Positions 1 to 8,463 of a DNA stretch of 26,026 nt are shown piece by piece. Both the position numbers and the translations under genes were made by a program. Below the pieces are notes generated by a model, which saw only the letters and a list, made by a program, of their open reading frames with translations, made no database searches and was not told where the DNA came from. Source of the DNA: an uncultured Ktedonobacterales bacterium (lineage in GTDB: Bacteria > Chloroflexota > Ktedonobacteria > Ktedonobacterales > JADMIN01); assembly GCA_964416775.1 (NCBI GenBank), contig CAYQFU010000035.1:5095-31120 (forward strand). Direction: 5' to 3'. Position 1 is the stretch's first letter, and the number at the start of each line of letters is the position of its first letter.

Positions 1-38
1 ACACGTCTGCCGGCGCCGCGGCGGGGGCGGGAGGTGCC

Positions 39-1208
39 GTGGCCGCCCAGGAGGACGGCCAGGCGACTACGACGCCACGTATGGCCGCGGTCGCCAGTGC
101 GTCTGCAGATGCGGTGTCTGCAGATGCGGTGTCTGCAGATGCGGTGTCTGCAGATGCGGTGCCGGCGGGGGATGCCGCGACGGCGGACGATCCCGGCGCG
201 ACGACGCACCTGCCGATGCTCGAAGCAGCAGAGACCGAGATGGACGCTGGCGGGATCGTGGACGAGGTGGACCCGGAGTGGGCGATGGCCGACCAGCCTA
301 CGCTGCAGATCGTGCCGCCCCCGGCTGTCAATCGGCCGACGCAGCGTCCGGCTTTCCTCGAGACGGGCGAGCAGGAGGTGTGGCCGCCGCGCCCGACCCC
401 GCCCCCGCGCCCGGCGAGCCAGCCATCGACGCAATCCACCCCGATAGGGACGGCCGGGCCGACGAGCCGGCCGCTGAATCCCATCCCGCGACCGGTGCCG
501 CGCTCGTACCCGACGCTTGGCCGTCTGGCGTCGCCGACGGGTCGTCCGCCGCAGGCCAATGTGCCGGCGGCATACTCCGATCCGCGCATGCGGCGGCTGG
601 TGGAGCTGCGGCTGCAGCGCGACGCGCACAGCGGAGGGCAGCGCGGGCCGTCCGACAACGCACCCGTCGCTCAGCTCGTCAAGCAGTGGTGGACCGATCT
701 GATGCCGGGCGTGCAGCAGGCGCTGGATCACCTGCACGAGGCGCGTGCCAGCGGGGTGTATCCAATTCCCGCCCATGAGCCGACGCCGGCCACACGCATG
801 GGCGACGCGTTTGGGCGCCTCACCGCGGCGGTGCGCGATCTGAGCGGGCGGGCGCAGGCGGCGGCTGTGCCGGCGCTTACGCGGCTGCACGAGCGCGCCG
901 AGCATGCGGCGCAGGCGCTGGTGGACCGGCTGGAAGGCTCGCCGATTCGGCAGCAGGCGCCGTTCCTCGGGCCGGGCCGGCTCGCGGTGTTCTTCCAGCA
1001 GGGCGTGTCGGTCGGCCAGGCGCAACGGCTGCTGGTCACGAATCAGGCGCGCCCGATGCGCCTGATTCCACGCCGGCACGGATTCCTGGCGCTGGTGCAG
1101 CCGGGACGCGAGGCCGTGGTGGGCGAGCAGCTGCGCCGCCATCCGTACGTGCGCGATGTGGTGTACCTCGAATACGACGAGAAGGGCCAGCCACTCCCCC
1201 CTCGCTGA
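39..1208 (+). CDS. Hypothetical Pro/Ala-rich protein with an N-terminal (SADAV)n repeat and a folded-looking C-terminal ~110 aa. The reading frame is open back to the window start, so the CDS may be 5'-truncated by the window edge (GTG at 39 is the first start in the track).
   Basis: Long ORF with GC3-biased codon usage consistent with its neighbours. There is no in-frame stop between nt 3 and 39. Low-complexity P/A/T-rich middle. The C-terminal segment (…LAVFFQQGVSVGQAQRLLVTNQARPMRLIP…VVYLEYDE) looks like a globular domain. No family assignment made. Confidence 0.5.
   Translation: MAAQEDGQATTTPRMAAVASASADAVSADAVSADAVSADAVPAGDAATADDPGATTHLPMLEAAETEMDAGGIVDEVDPEWAMADQPTLQIVPPPAVNRPTQRPAFLETGEQEVWPPRPTPPPRPASQPSTQSTPIGTAGPTSRPLNPIPRPVPRSYPTLGRLASPTGRPPQANVPAAYSDPRMRRLVELRLQRDAHSGGQRGPSDNAPVAQLVKQWWTDLMPGVQQALDHLHEARASGVYPIPAHEPTPATRMGDAFGRLTAAVRDLSGRAQAAAVPALTRLHERAEHAAQALVDRLEGSPIRQQAPFLGPGRLAVFFQQGVSVGQAQRLLVTNQARPMRLIPRRHGFLALVQPGREAVVGEQLRRHPYVRDVVYLEYDEKGQPLPPR
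92..158 (+). repeat. Tandem 15-bp direct repeat (gcagatgcggtgtct), about 4.4 copies. It lies inside CDS 39..1208 and encodes DAVSADAVSADAVSADAV.
   Basis: Read directly in the sequence at 96-110, 111-125, 126-140 and 141-155 (the last copy is degenerate). Because the unit is 15 bp the reading frame is preserved. Confidence 0.9.
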
Positions 1209-1249
1209 TACTGCCGGGCGTGCGGCTCTGAGCGCAGCGTCGTGGAATG

Positions 1250-1258
1250 TGCTATACT
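1250..1258 (+). promoter_or_regulatory. Candidate extended -10 promoter element TGcTATACT upstream of the ANTAR regulator gene.
   Basis: The sequence tgctatact at 1250-1258 fits TGnTATAAT (5/6 in the hexamer, plus the TG extension). It lies about 130 nt upstream of the ATG at 1389, in the only AT-containing stretch of the 180-bp intergenic region. No convincing -35 is present. Confidence 0.4.
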
Positions 1259-1388
1259 GGCGCTCGTAAGCCACCCCCATGCTGGTTCCGTGCGTGCTCC
1301 GGGTCGAAGCGGAGTGACGGAGCGCGGGGGCCGCGACCCGGGTTGACGCGGCTTCCAGGCACGTGGGTGGCGCAGCGAGGGACACACG

Positions 1389-1970
1389 ATGCCGACACGG
1401 ATCATCATCGCGGAAGATGACACGCTCATCCGCATGGACCTGAAGGAAGAGCTGCAGCGCCAGGGATACCTGGTGGTGGGGGATGTGGGCGATGGCGAGA
1501 GCGCCGTCAACCTGTCCCGCGAGCTGCGGCCGGACCTGGTGGTCATGGACATACGCATGCCCCAGCTCGACGGGATCGCGGCCGCCGAAATTCTGACGCG
1601 GGAGAACCTGGCGCCGGTGGTGTTGCTCACCGCTTTTAGCGACCAGGAGCTCATCGAGCGCGCGAAGGAAGCCGGCGTCGTCCATTACGTCACCAAGCCC
1701 TGGAGGCAGAGCGATCTCAAGCCAGCCATCGAGGTGGCGTTGGGACGCTTCCAGGAGTACCGTGAATTGGAAGGCAAGGTCAAGGATCTCGAGGAGCGGC
1801 TGGCCACCCGCAAGGTGGTGGAGCAGGCCAAGGGGTTGTTGATGCAGAAGCAGGGGCTGACCGAGCAGGAAGCCTTCCGGCGCATTCAGAAGCTGAGCAT
1901 GAACAACCGCAAGTCCATGCGCGAGGTGGCCGAGGCCATTCTGCTAACCAACGAGATCGGCGACCTATGA
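1389..1970 (+). CDS. pdtaR: Two-component response regulator with a C-terminal ANTAR RNA-binding antitermination domain (PdtaR/AmiR-like).
   Basis: N-terminal CheY-like receiver: IIIAEDDTLIR…D(54) in LVVMDIRMPQLDG, …VVLLTAFSD…YVTKP. C-terminal coiled-coil plus ANTAR helix pattern (LEERLATRKVVEQAKGLLMQKQGLTEQEAFRRIQKLSMNNRKSMREVAEAIL). GAGGGA RBS 7 nt upstream of the ATG. Confidence 0.85.
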   Translation: MPTRIIIAEDDTLIRMDLKEELQRQGYLVVGDVGDGESAVNLSRELRPDLVVMDIRMPQLDGIAAAEILTRENLAPVVLLTAFSDQELIERAKEAGVVHYVTKPWRQSDLKPAIEVALGRFQEYRELEGKVKDLEERLATRKVVEQAKGLLMQKQGLTEQEAFRRIQKLSMNNRKSMREVAEAILLTNEIGDL

Positions 1971-1977
1971 CACGCAC

Positions 1978-2880
1978 GTGGTAAACGTCGTCGGGGTTCG
2001 CTTCCGCCCGGCCGGACGCATCTACTATTACGATCCGGCCGGTCATAGCCTGAAGACCGGAACCTGGGTGATCGTGCCGACACCCAAGGGCCAGGAGGCT
2101 GCGCGCGTCGTCGTGGCGCCGAAGGACGTGGAAGCCTCCGAGCTGGGGCCGGAGGGACTGAAGGCGGTCCTGCGGCTGGCCGCGGAGGACGACTTACGCC
2201 AGATGCTGGCGTTCAAGGCGAAGGAAAAGGATGCGCTGGTGCGCTGCGCGCAGCGCATCGACGACCACGCCTTGCCAATGAAGCTGGTGGAGGCTGAATT
2301 CACCTTCGATGGCAGCCGGCTGACCTTCTACTTCGCCGCGGAGCAGCGGGTGGATTTCCGCGCGCTCGTGCGCGACCTGGCGTCGACGTTCCATACGCGC
2401 ATCGAGCTGCGGCAGATTTCGGCGCGCGATCACGCCAAGCTGCTGAGCGGGGTGGGGCCGTGTGGCAAGACGCTGTGCTGCAGCTCGTGGCTCACCGATT
2501 TCGGTGTGGTCTCGATCAAAATGGCCAAAGAGCAGGGACTGCCGCTCAATCCCGGCAAGATCTCAGGCGTGTGCGGGCGGCTGATGTGCTGCCTGGCCTA
2601 TGAGAACGACGAGTACATCGACGCGAAGCAGCAAATGCCGGCGTACGGCGAGATCGTGGGGACGCCCAGTGGGCCGGGTCGCGTCGTGGGCATCAATGTG
2701 CCCAAGGAAGCCGTCGACGTGATGCTGGAGAGCGGAGCGACCGTCCAGACGCCCGTGCGCGAGCTGGACTGGAAGGCGCGCCCGCAGCCGGCTCCGCCCA
2801 GGGAACACCACTGCGGCGGCGGCAACGGCAACTGCGAGCGGTGCAGGGCGAAGAAGGCTGCGCGCGGCACGGTGGATTAG
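1978..2880 (+). CDS. ricT: PSP1 C-terminal domain protein, YaaT/RicT family.
   Basis: The N-terminus MVNVVGVRFRPAGRIYYYDP… matches the conserved start of B. subtilis YaaT (…VIGVRFKKAGKIYYFDP…). Conserved CGKTLCC…GVCGRLMCCLAYE Cys cluster (the Fe-S ligating region of RicT). It starts 8 nt after the regulator stop, which suggests co-transcription. Confidence 0.85.
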   Translation: MVNVVGVRFRPAGRIYYYDPAGHSLKTGTWVIVPTPKGQEAARVVVAPKDVEASELGPEGLKAVLRLAAEDDLRQMLAFKAKEKDALVRCAQRIDDHALPMKLVEAEFTFDGSRLTFYFAAEQRVDFRALVRDLASTFHTRIELRQISARDHAKLLSGVGPCGKTLCCSSWLTDFGVVSIKMAKEQGLPLNPGKISGVCGRLMCCLAYENDEYIDAKQQMPAYGEIVGTPSGPGRVVGINVPKEAVDVMLESGATVQTPVRELDWKARPQPAPPREHHCGGGNGNCERCRAKKAARGTVD

Positions 2881-3025
2881 GGCCTCTACCTCCGGCCTGT
2901 CCCCCACCGCGGCGGGAGCAGGGAGTCTGAACCCCCCGACTGCTCCTCTCGGCGGTGGAGCGGGGTGGCGGCGCAAGCGGCGGCTCCGGGCTCGCCCAGC
3001 GCAGTGGGGTGCCTGAGGCCCATGG

Positions 3026-4924
3026 ATGGGAGCACCTGCGAGCGGTGGCGCGAAACGTGCGAGCGATGAGCCTTCCGCTATGAGCAGGAACCAGAGGGCT
3101 CGCCCGACGGCGAGCGAGAGCGATCCAGCCGATGGCGCAGGTGCCAGGCGTGAGCAGCTCAGGTGGCGGATGGCCACCAGCGCGCCGGTGGCGCTCTGGC
3201 CGCGTGCGTGGCTGTTGGATGCGTGGCGCAGGGTGCGGGAGATGCGCGTGCCGGGCGCGCTGAGCAATTTGCCGCCAGCGTATTCGGCTGCCCGGCGCTG
3301 GTCGCCGTTGATCTTCCCTGTGGCGCTGTGGGCGGCGCTGGTGCTGTTGGGAGTGTTCCTGGCCAGCCACAGGATGGGCCATGTGATCGTCACGTGGCCA
3401 CACGTGCGCGTCCTGGCGCTGCTGCTGCTGGGGCTGAGCGTGGCGTACGCGGTGGCGCTGCGCCTGGCGCCCAATGACGCGGCATGGGTGGGCGTGCTGA
3501 GTCTCGGGCTGGTGTTGGACCTGATGGCGTCCGCGTTCGTGCTCTTTGGGCCCGGGGCGGGGATCGTGGTCACGCTGGTGCTGGCGGCGGGAAGCGCGAC
3601 ATTCGTGCGGCAGCGGCTGCATCCTGTGCGGGAGGGGACGGTGCACGTGACGGCGCTGCCTGGCGCTGGGCATCGCACGCTGCCGCCGGGACTGAACGTG
3701 CTGCTGCCGGGCGAGCGCGTGCTGGCGATCCTGCCGGTTCAGCCGCGCGAGCACGCGACGCTGCCGCAGCGGCTGGCGACGCCGGCCGGAGAGGTGGCCG
3801 AGGCAGCGGCACGCGTGGAGTATCAGCTGATCCCTGAGCTGGCGGTGCGGGCGGTGGTGGCGACGCGCGATTGGGAGCGAGCCGTGCGCCAGCTGCTAGT
3901 GGCAGCCCTGCGGGCCGAGCTGGACGCCTGGCTGGCGGGAGAGCGCGGAGCGCGCGACGAGGCGGAGCGCGGGCTGAGCGACGTGGACCGGCTGCGCCTG
4001 CGTGTGGAGGAGCGGATGCGCGCGCAAGCGCTGCGCTGGGGCGTCCATATCCGCGGGGTGGAGCTGCGCGACGTGACACTGCCAGGCGCGCGGACCGCGG
4101 GCGGGGGTGCGGGCAGCGTGGGGCCGGAGCGCGTGGTGGAAGGCTCGCTGGCACGGGGCGCCGGCGCTGAGCGAGAGACGAACCAGGACGATGGACGCAG
4201 CCAGATGGGGCGGCCTGCCGCGGCGTTCAGGCCGCCGCCTGCGGCCGGGGCTGTCGCGCGCATGATGACGCAGCCGCTGCCACCAAACCAGGAGCCGGCG
4301 GCAGGTCCTGAGGCGCCATCCTGGGAGGGCGGCGGGCAGCCAGACGAGGCCCGGGGACCAGGCGTCACACGCGTGGCGGGCCGGGGCGACGCGACGGCGT
4401 GGTCGTCGCCGCCAGAGCGATGGCTGGGACGGATGGGCGCCTGGCTGCGTGAGAGCTGGGATCGGCTCGGCCAGCGTGCGGACCTGCCAGCGGACGCCGA
4501 GAGCGACGATGCGCTGGCGCAGGAAGGTCGTCAGGCGGGCGCGGGTTGGAGCGCCAGCCCGCGGGAGGACGAGCACCAGCCCGAGGAGGAGCCGCGCGCG
4601 CTCTCGCCCAGGATACTCGAGGCGATGTACGGTGCGGTGGAGGAGGGGCGCATCAGCGATCCCTTCACGGTGCGGCAGATCGCCAATAGCTTCGCCCAGC
4701 TCGCGGTCGCGGGCGATCCCGACGAGGAGATGACGCGCGACCCCCTCCAGGCGGCGGCCACACTAAGGCGCCGGGCGGAAGAGCTGGCTGCGCAACTCAG
4801 TCTCGATCAGGCCGATCCGCCAACCGCGAATGCCGCGCCGGGGCCGGGGACGCCGCCAGCGCCTGGGCGCCGTATGCCGCCGCCACGGCTTGCGCGCGAC
4901 GAGAACGTGATGCGCGGAGGGTGA
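3026..4924 (+). CDS. Polytopic membrane protein with a divergent SPFH/band-7 domain and a long acidic, Pro/Ala-rich disordered C-terminal tail. The start is uncertain; the alternative Met is at about 3167.
   Basis: Four to five hydrophobic helices (LIFPVALWAALVLLGVFLA; VLALLLLGLSVAYAVAL; VGVLSLGLVLDLMASAFVLFGPGAGIVVTLVLAAG). They are followed by an SPFH-like core ending in the family-typical …ALRWGVHIRGVELRDVTLPG motif (compare the second SPFH protein, …[19 protein letters not shown]). About 280 aa of low-complexity D/E/P/A/R-rich tail. Confidence 0.6.
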   Translation: MGAPASGGAKRASDEPSAMSRNQRARPTASESDPADGAGARREQLRWRMATSAPVALWPRAWLLDAWRRVREMRVPGALSNLPPAYSAARRWSPLIFPVALWAALVLLGVFLASHRMGHVIVTWPHVRVLALLLLGLSVAYAVALRLAPNDAAWVGVLSLGLVLDLMASAFVLFGPGAGIVVTLVLAAGSATFVRQRLHPVREGTVHVTALPGAGHRTLPPGLNVLLPGERVLAILPVQPREHATLPQRLATPAGEVAEAAARVEYQLIPELAVRAVVATRDWERAVRQLLVAALRAELDAWLAGERGARDEAERGLSDVDRLRLRVEERMRAQALRWGVHIRGVELRDVTLPGARTAGGGAGSVGPERVVEGSLARGAGAERETNQDDGRSQMGRPAAAFRPPPAAGAVARMMTQPLPPNQEPAAGPEAPSWEGGGQPDEARGPGVTRVAGRGDATAWSSPPERWLGRMGAWLRESWDRLGQRADLPADAESDDALAQEGRQAGAGWSASPREDEHQPEEEPRALSPRILEAMYGAVEEGRISDPFTVRQIANSFAQLAVAGDPDEEMTRDPLQAAATLRRRAEELAAQLSLDQADPPTANAAPGPGTPPAPGRRMPPPRLARDENVMRGG

Positions 4925-5045
4925 GTGGATGGAGGCAGCACTCTTGCCAGTTCCGCGCCCCAAGGCGTACGATGGGACGGCGGCGCGCGACGGGACGCGG
5001 CACGGCGCATAGCCAACGGCGTGAGAGCGGGAGGGAGACAGCGGC

Positions 5046-6170
5046 ATGGCACGCGCGACACGGACGGCGGGTCTGGAGGCGCGCGTGCGCGAGACGCTGG
5101 CGACGCTGGTCGGCATTCCGTCGGTCTCGGGCCAAGAGGAGCGCGTGCGGCGCTACCTGCGCGAGCGGCTGGAGGACGACGGGGTGGCGTGCATAGAGGA
5201 CGCGGCGGGCAACCTCATCGCGCGCGTGGCGGGCGAGGGTGCGCCGCTGCTGCTGAACGCGCACATGGATCGCGTGCCGCCGGGGCTGGGGCATGCGCCG
5301 GTGGTGGCCGGCGGGCGCATGCGCAGCGACGGCACCACCAACCTCGGCGCGGACGACGCCGCGGGGCTGACGGTGATCCTGCTGGCGCTAGAGGAGCTGC
5401 GGCGGCGGGGCGTGCGGCACGCGCCGCTGGTGCTCCTCTTCACGGTGGGTGAGGAAGTGGGGCTGCACGGGGCAAGCGCGTTCGATCCAGCGCCGTGGGG
5501 AGTGGCTGAGGGCATCGTCTTCGACAACGCGGGCGCGGCGGGCGAGGTGGTGACGCGCGGAGCGACATACGTGGCATTCGATGCCATGCTGCATGGGCGG
5601 TCGGGCCACCCTGGCAAGGAGCTGGCGGACACGGCGAGCGCCATCGAGATGTTCCGGCGCGTGGCGCTGCCATTGGGCAGCCTGGATGGCGACTCGACGC
5701 GCATCTCGCTGGGCACCATCGCCGGAGGGACGGCGCGCAACGCCATCCCAGCCGAGGTGCGCGTGGCGGGCGAGGTGCGCACGCTGCTGCAGGGCGAGCC
5801 GCTGGAGCGGCTGCTGGCCTCCATCGAGCGCGACTTCGCCGAGGCGGCGCGGCAGCTGGGCGGCAGCGCCGAGTGCACGTTCGAGCCGCACGGCGCAGGC
5901 TATATCGTGAGCCCGGATGAGCCGCTGGTGCGTGCCTGGCAGACGGCATGGGAGGCGCGCGGCCATCCCTTCACGACCATCACCACGTTCATCGGCAGCG
6001 ACGCCAACGCGCTGCGGCGCCACCTGCGCGTCTTCACCGTCTCGACGGGCGTGGAGCGCGAGCACACCACGGAAGAGTCCATCGCGCTGGCGCCCCTCGC
6101 CGAGCTGATCGAGGCGACGGTGGCGCTGTTGAGCGTCTACCATCCCGAGCAGCATGGAGCGGAAGCATGA
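5046..6170 (+). CDS. M20-family metallopeptidase/deacylase (ArgE/DapE/peptidase T-like).
   Basis: LVGIPSVSGQE… near the N-terminus, NAHMDRVPPG (the His-x-Asp metal ligand region), GADDAAG, and TVGEEVGLHGA (catalytic and metal-binding Glu-Glu). Size 374 aa. Confidence 0.75.
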   Translation: MARATRTAGLEARVRETLATLVGIPSVSGQEERVRRYLRERLEDDGVACIEDAAGNLIARVAGEGAPLLLNAHMDRVPPGLGHAPVVAGGRMRSDGTTNLGADDAAGLTVILLALEELRRRGVRHAPLVLLFTVGEEVGLHGASAFDPAPWGVAEGIVFDNAGAAGEVVTRGATYVAFDAMLHGRSGHPGKELADTASAIEMFRRVALPLGSLDGDSTRISLGTIAGGTARNAIPAEVRVAGEVRTLLQGEPLERLLASIERDFAEAARQLGGSAECTFEPHGAGYIVSPDEPLVRAWQTAWEARGHPFTTITTFIGSDANALRRHLRVFTVSTGVEREHTTEESIALAPLAELIEATVALLSVYHPEQHGAEA

Positions 6171-7489
6171 CCCAGCAGCCAGCATCGCGCGTTCTCGTCG
6201 CCGACCAGACCCTCGTGGAGGGGCGGTTCGTCCCGAGCGTCGCCGTCAGCGTCGCGGACGGCTTCATTACGAGCGTGGGACCCGTGGGCGAGCTGGCGCC
6301 GGGCACGCCGGTGGAGCGGCTGGAGGGGCGACTGCTGGTGCCGGGGACGCTGAACGCGCACAACCACTCGTTCCAATCGCTGCTGCGTGGGGTCGCCGAC
6401 GACTGCGACTTCTTCACATGGCGCGATCGGGCGCTGTACGGCTATACGCCGCGCATGGACGCGCAGACGGTGTATCACGGGGCGCGGTTCGCCTTCGCCG
6501 AGATGCTGCGCGCGGGCGTGACGACGGTTTGCGACTTCTTCTACATCCATCGCGGCGGCAACGAGAACGACCGAGCCGTCATTCGCGCGGCGCGCGACCT
6601 GGGGATGCGGCTGGTGCTGGCGCGGACGATGTACGACTGGGAAGGGGCACCGGTCGAGTACCGCGAGACGATCGAGGAGGCGGTCGACCGTACGCGCGAG
6701 CTAGCGGCGGAGTTCGCGGGGCGGCACGACGTCCACATTTGCCCGGCGCCGCATTCGCCCCACGCCGCCAGCCCGCGGATGATTCAGGCGGGGTCGCGGC
6801 TGGCCGAAGAGCTGGGCACGCGCTTCCACATCCACGTGGCGGAGGGACGCTACGAGCGGGACGCGATCCGCGAGCGGCACGGCATGACGCCGATCCGCTG
6901 GCTGGAGTCGCTGGGGGTGGCGCTGGAGCGCATGACGGCGATCCACTGCGTGTGGCTGGAGGACGACGACATCCAGCTGATGGCCGAGCGCGACGCGCGA
7001 CTGGTCTACAATCCCGCCAGCAACATGTTTCTGGGGGACGGCGTGACGCGCATCGTGGACATGCTCGCCGCGGGGGTGAAAATCGGGCTGGGGAGCGATG
7101 GCGGCTGCTCCAACAACCGCGTGTCGGTCTTCGACGAGATGCGCACGTGCGCGCTGCTGCAGAAGGTGACGCACCTCAACTCGGCAGTGGTGCCGGCGGA
7201 GACGGCCTTCGCGATGGGCACGGCGGGCAGTGCGGACGCGCTGGACCTGCCGGCCGGCCGCATCGCGCCGGGGCGCTACGCGGATTTCGTGGTGCTGGAC
7301 CGCGACGATCCGTCGCTGCAGCCTCCCTGGTCGTATGAGAAGAACGTCGTGTACTCGATGACACCGCATGCCATCCGCGAGGTGATCGTGGGGGGGCGGA
7401 CAGTGCTGCGAGACGATGCGCTGCTGATGGTGCCGTGGTCCGATGTGCTGGGTGGGCTGCGCGCGGTGACACGGGATTGGCCGCGCTAA
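6167..7489 (+). CDS. Amidohydrolase-superfamily hydrolase, chlorohydrolase/aminohydrolase type (TRZ/ATZ, guanine/8-oxoguanine/formiminoglutamate deaminase-like).
   Basis: HxH metal motif in LNAHNHSFQSL, downstream HIHVAEG, LGSDGG near the C-terminus, 440 aa. Start placed at the ATG at 6167, overlapping the upstream stop as ATGA (translational coupling). The longer track ORF from 5948 overlaps the peptidase and is rejected. Confidence 0.7.
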   Translation: MTQQPASRVLVADQTLVEGRFVPSVAVSVADGFITSVGPVGELAPGTPVERLEGRLLVPGTLNAHNHSFQSLLRGVADDCDFFTWRDRALYGYTPRMDAQTVYHGARFAFAEMLRAGVTTVCDFFYIHRGGNENDRAVIRAARDLGMRLVLARTMYDWEGAPVEYRETIEEAVDRTRELAAEFAGRHDVHICPAPHSPHAASPRMIQAGSRLAEELGTRFHIHVAEGRYERDAIRERHGMTPIRWLESLGVALERMTAIHCVWLEDDDIQLMAERDARLVYNPASNMFLGDGVTRIVDMLAAGVKIGLGSDGGCSNNRVSVFDEMRTCALLQKVTHLNSAVVPAETAFAMGTAGSADALDLPAGRIAPGRYADFVVLDRDDPSLQPPWSYEKNVVYSMTPHAIREVIVGGRTVLRDDALLMVPWSDVLGGLRAVTRDWPR

Positions 7490-7542
7490 GCGAGGGCTGA
7501 GCGCGCGGGCGTCTGGGGGCCGCGGGAGGGGAGACGGCAGGA

Positions 7543-8418
7543 ATGGACGAGCAGGGGACCGGGTCGGGCGCGGACGGAGGCGGCGCCGGGGATGTGGCGG
7601 CGCTGCGCTCGGGGCTGGTGGACCAGCTGAAGCGCGAGGGGGTCATTCGCGGAGCGCCAGTGGAGGCGGCATTTCGCGCGGTGCCGCGGCACGTGTTCGT
7701 GCCAGCGGTAGCGGTGGAGACGGTGTACAGCGACGTGCACGTGGTGACGAAAGAGCGTGACGGCCAGGCGATCAGCTCGTCGTCGCAGCCGTCGCTGATG
7801 GCGGCGATGCTGGAGTTGCTGGAGGCGCGGCCAGGCCAACGCGTGCTGGAGATTGGCGCGGGGACGGGGTACAACGCAGCGCTGTTGGCGGAGTTAGTGG
7901 GCGAGATGGGCCGGGTGGTGACGGTGGACCTGGACGAGGATATCGTGGAGGGCGCGCGCGCACATCTAGCGGCGGCGGGATACGCGCGGGTGCGGGTGAT
8001 CTGCGGCGACGGCGCGGAAGGGTACGCGGCCGAGGCGCCGTACGATCGCGTGATGCTGACAGTCGGGTCGTCGGACATCGCGCCCGCGTGGCACGAGCAG
8101 CTGGCGCCGGGTGGGCGGCTGATGCTGCCTCTCACGATCATGCCTGGGCTGGGCGGCCAGTACGCGGTGGTGTTCGAGTGGACAGGCGATCATCTGGAGA
8201 GCGTGGGGGTCTTCCCGTGCGGATTCATACCGCTGCGCGGCTCGCTCGCCGGGGTGCTGGAGGAGCAGCTGCCATGGGCAGGCCCGCCAGTGGTAAGTCT
8301 GACGACGGATCCCACGCGGCTGCGCGTGCGTGCCTACCCGCGCGGCGTGGACTGCGCGGCGGGTCCGGAGGAGACGGTGCTGGAGCGGCGGTGGGTGCGC
8401 CTGGTGGTCAGCCGCTAA
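7543..8418 (+). CDS. pcm: Protein-L-isoaspartate O-methyltransferase (PIMT) with an N-terminal Gly-rich extension and a C-terminal extension of about 90 aa.
   Basis: PIMT signatures: VPRHVFVP, ISSSSQPSLMAAMLELL, SAM motif VLEIGAGTGYNAALLAELVG, …GGRLMLPL. It is 291 aa, against about 210 aa for canonical bacterial Pcm. Confidence 0.8.
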   Translation: MDEQGTGSGADGGGAGDVAALRSGLVDQLKREGVIRGAPVEAAFRAVPRHVFVPAVAVETVYSDVHVVTKERDGQAISSSSQPSLMAAMLELLEARPGQRVLEIGAGTGYNAALLAELVGEMGRVVTVDLDEDIVEGARAHLAAAGYARVRVICGDGAEGYAAEAPYDRVMLTVGSSDIAPAWHEQLAPGGRLMLPLTIMPGLGGQYAVVFEWTGDHLESVGVFPCGFIPLRGSLAGVLEEQLPWAGPPVVSLTTDPTRLRVRAYPRGVDCAAGPEETVLERRWVRLVVSR

Positions 8419-8463
8419 GCTAGCTGATGTTCTGCTGTTCGCATCCTGACGGCTCGCCGATCG

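Noticed and set aside
92-158. Possible CRISPR array (direct repeats).
   Set aside because: The repeats are contiguous 15-bp tandem units with no spacers, inside a coding frame. This is not CRISPR architecture. No other spaced repeat arrays were seen.
2563-3754. Long antisense ORFs (2563..3678 on the - strand, 2693..3754 on the - strand) overlapping yaaT and the membrane-protein gene.
   Set aside because: These are typical stop-codon-poor shadow ORFs of 70% GC DNA. Their translations are Arg/Pro/Ala low-complexity with no motifs, while the sense-strand genes have clear family signatures.
5948-6166. Upstream extension of the amidohydrolase ORF (track start at 5948).
   Set aside because: It would overlap the last 220 nt of the M20 peptidase in another frame. 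The ATG at 6167, overlapping the peptidase stop as ATGA, is the standard coupled start.
5388-8141. Alternative-frame ORFs (5388..6185 on the - strand, 5440..5949 on the - strand, 6154..7338 on the + strand, 6701..7369 on the - strand, 7176..8141 on the - strand).
   Set aside because: They overlap the well-supported peptidase, amidohydrolase and pcm genes. Their products are repetitive R/G/A/P-rich with no domain-like patterns, so they are GC-driven artefacts.
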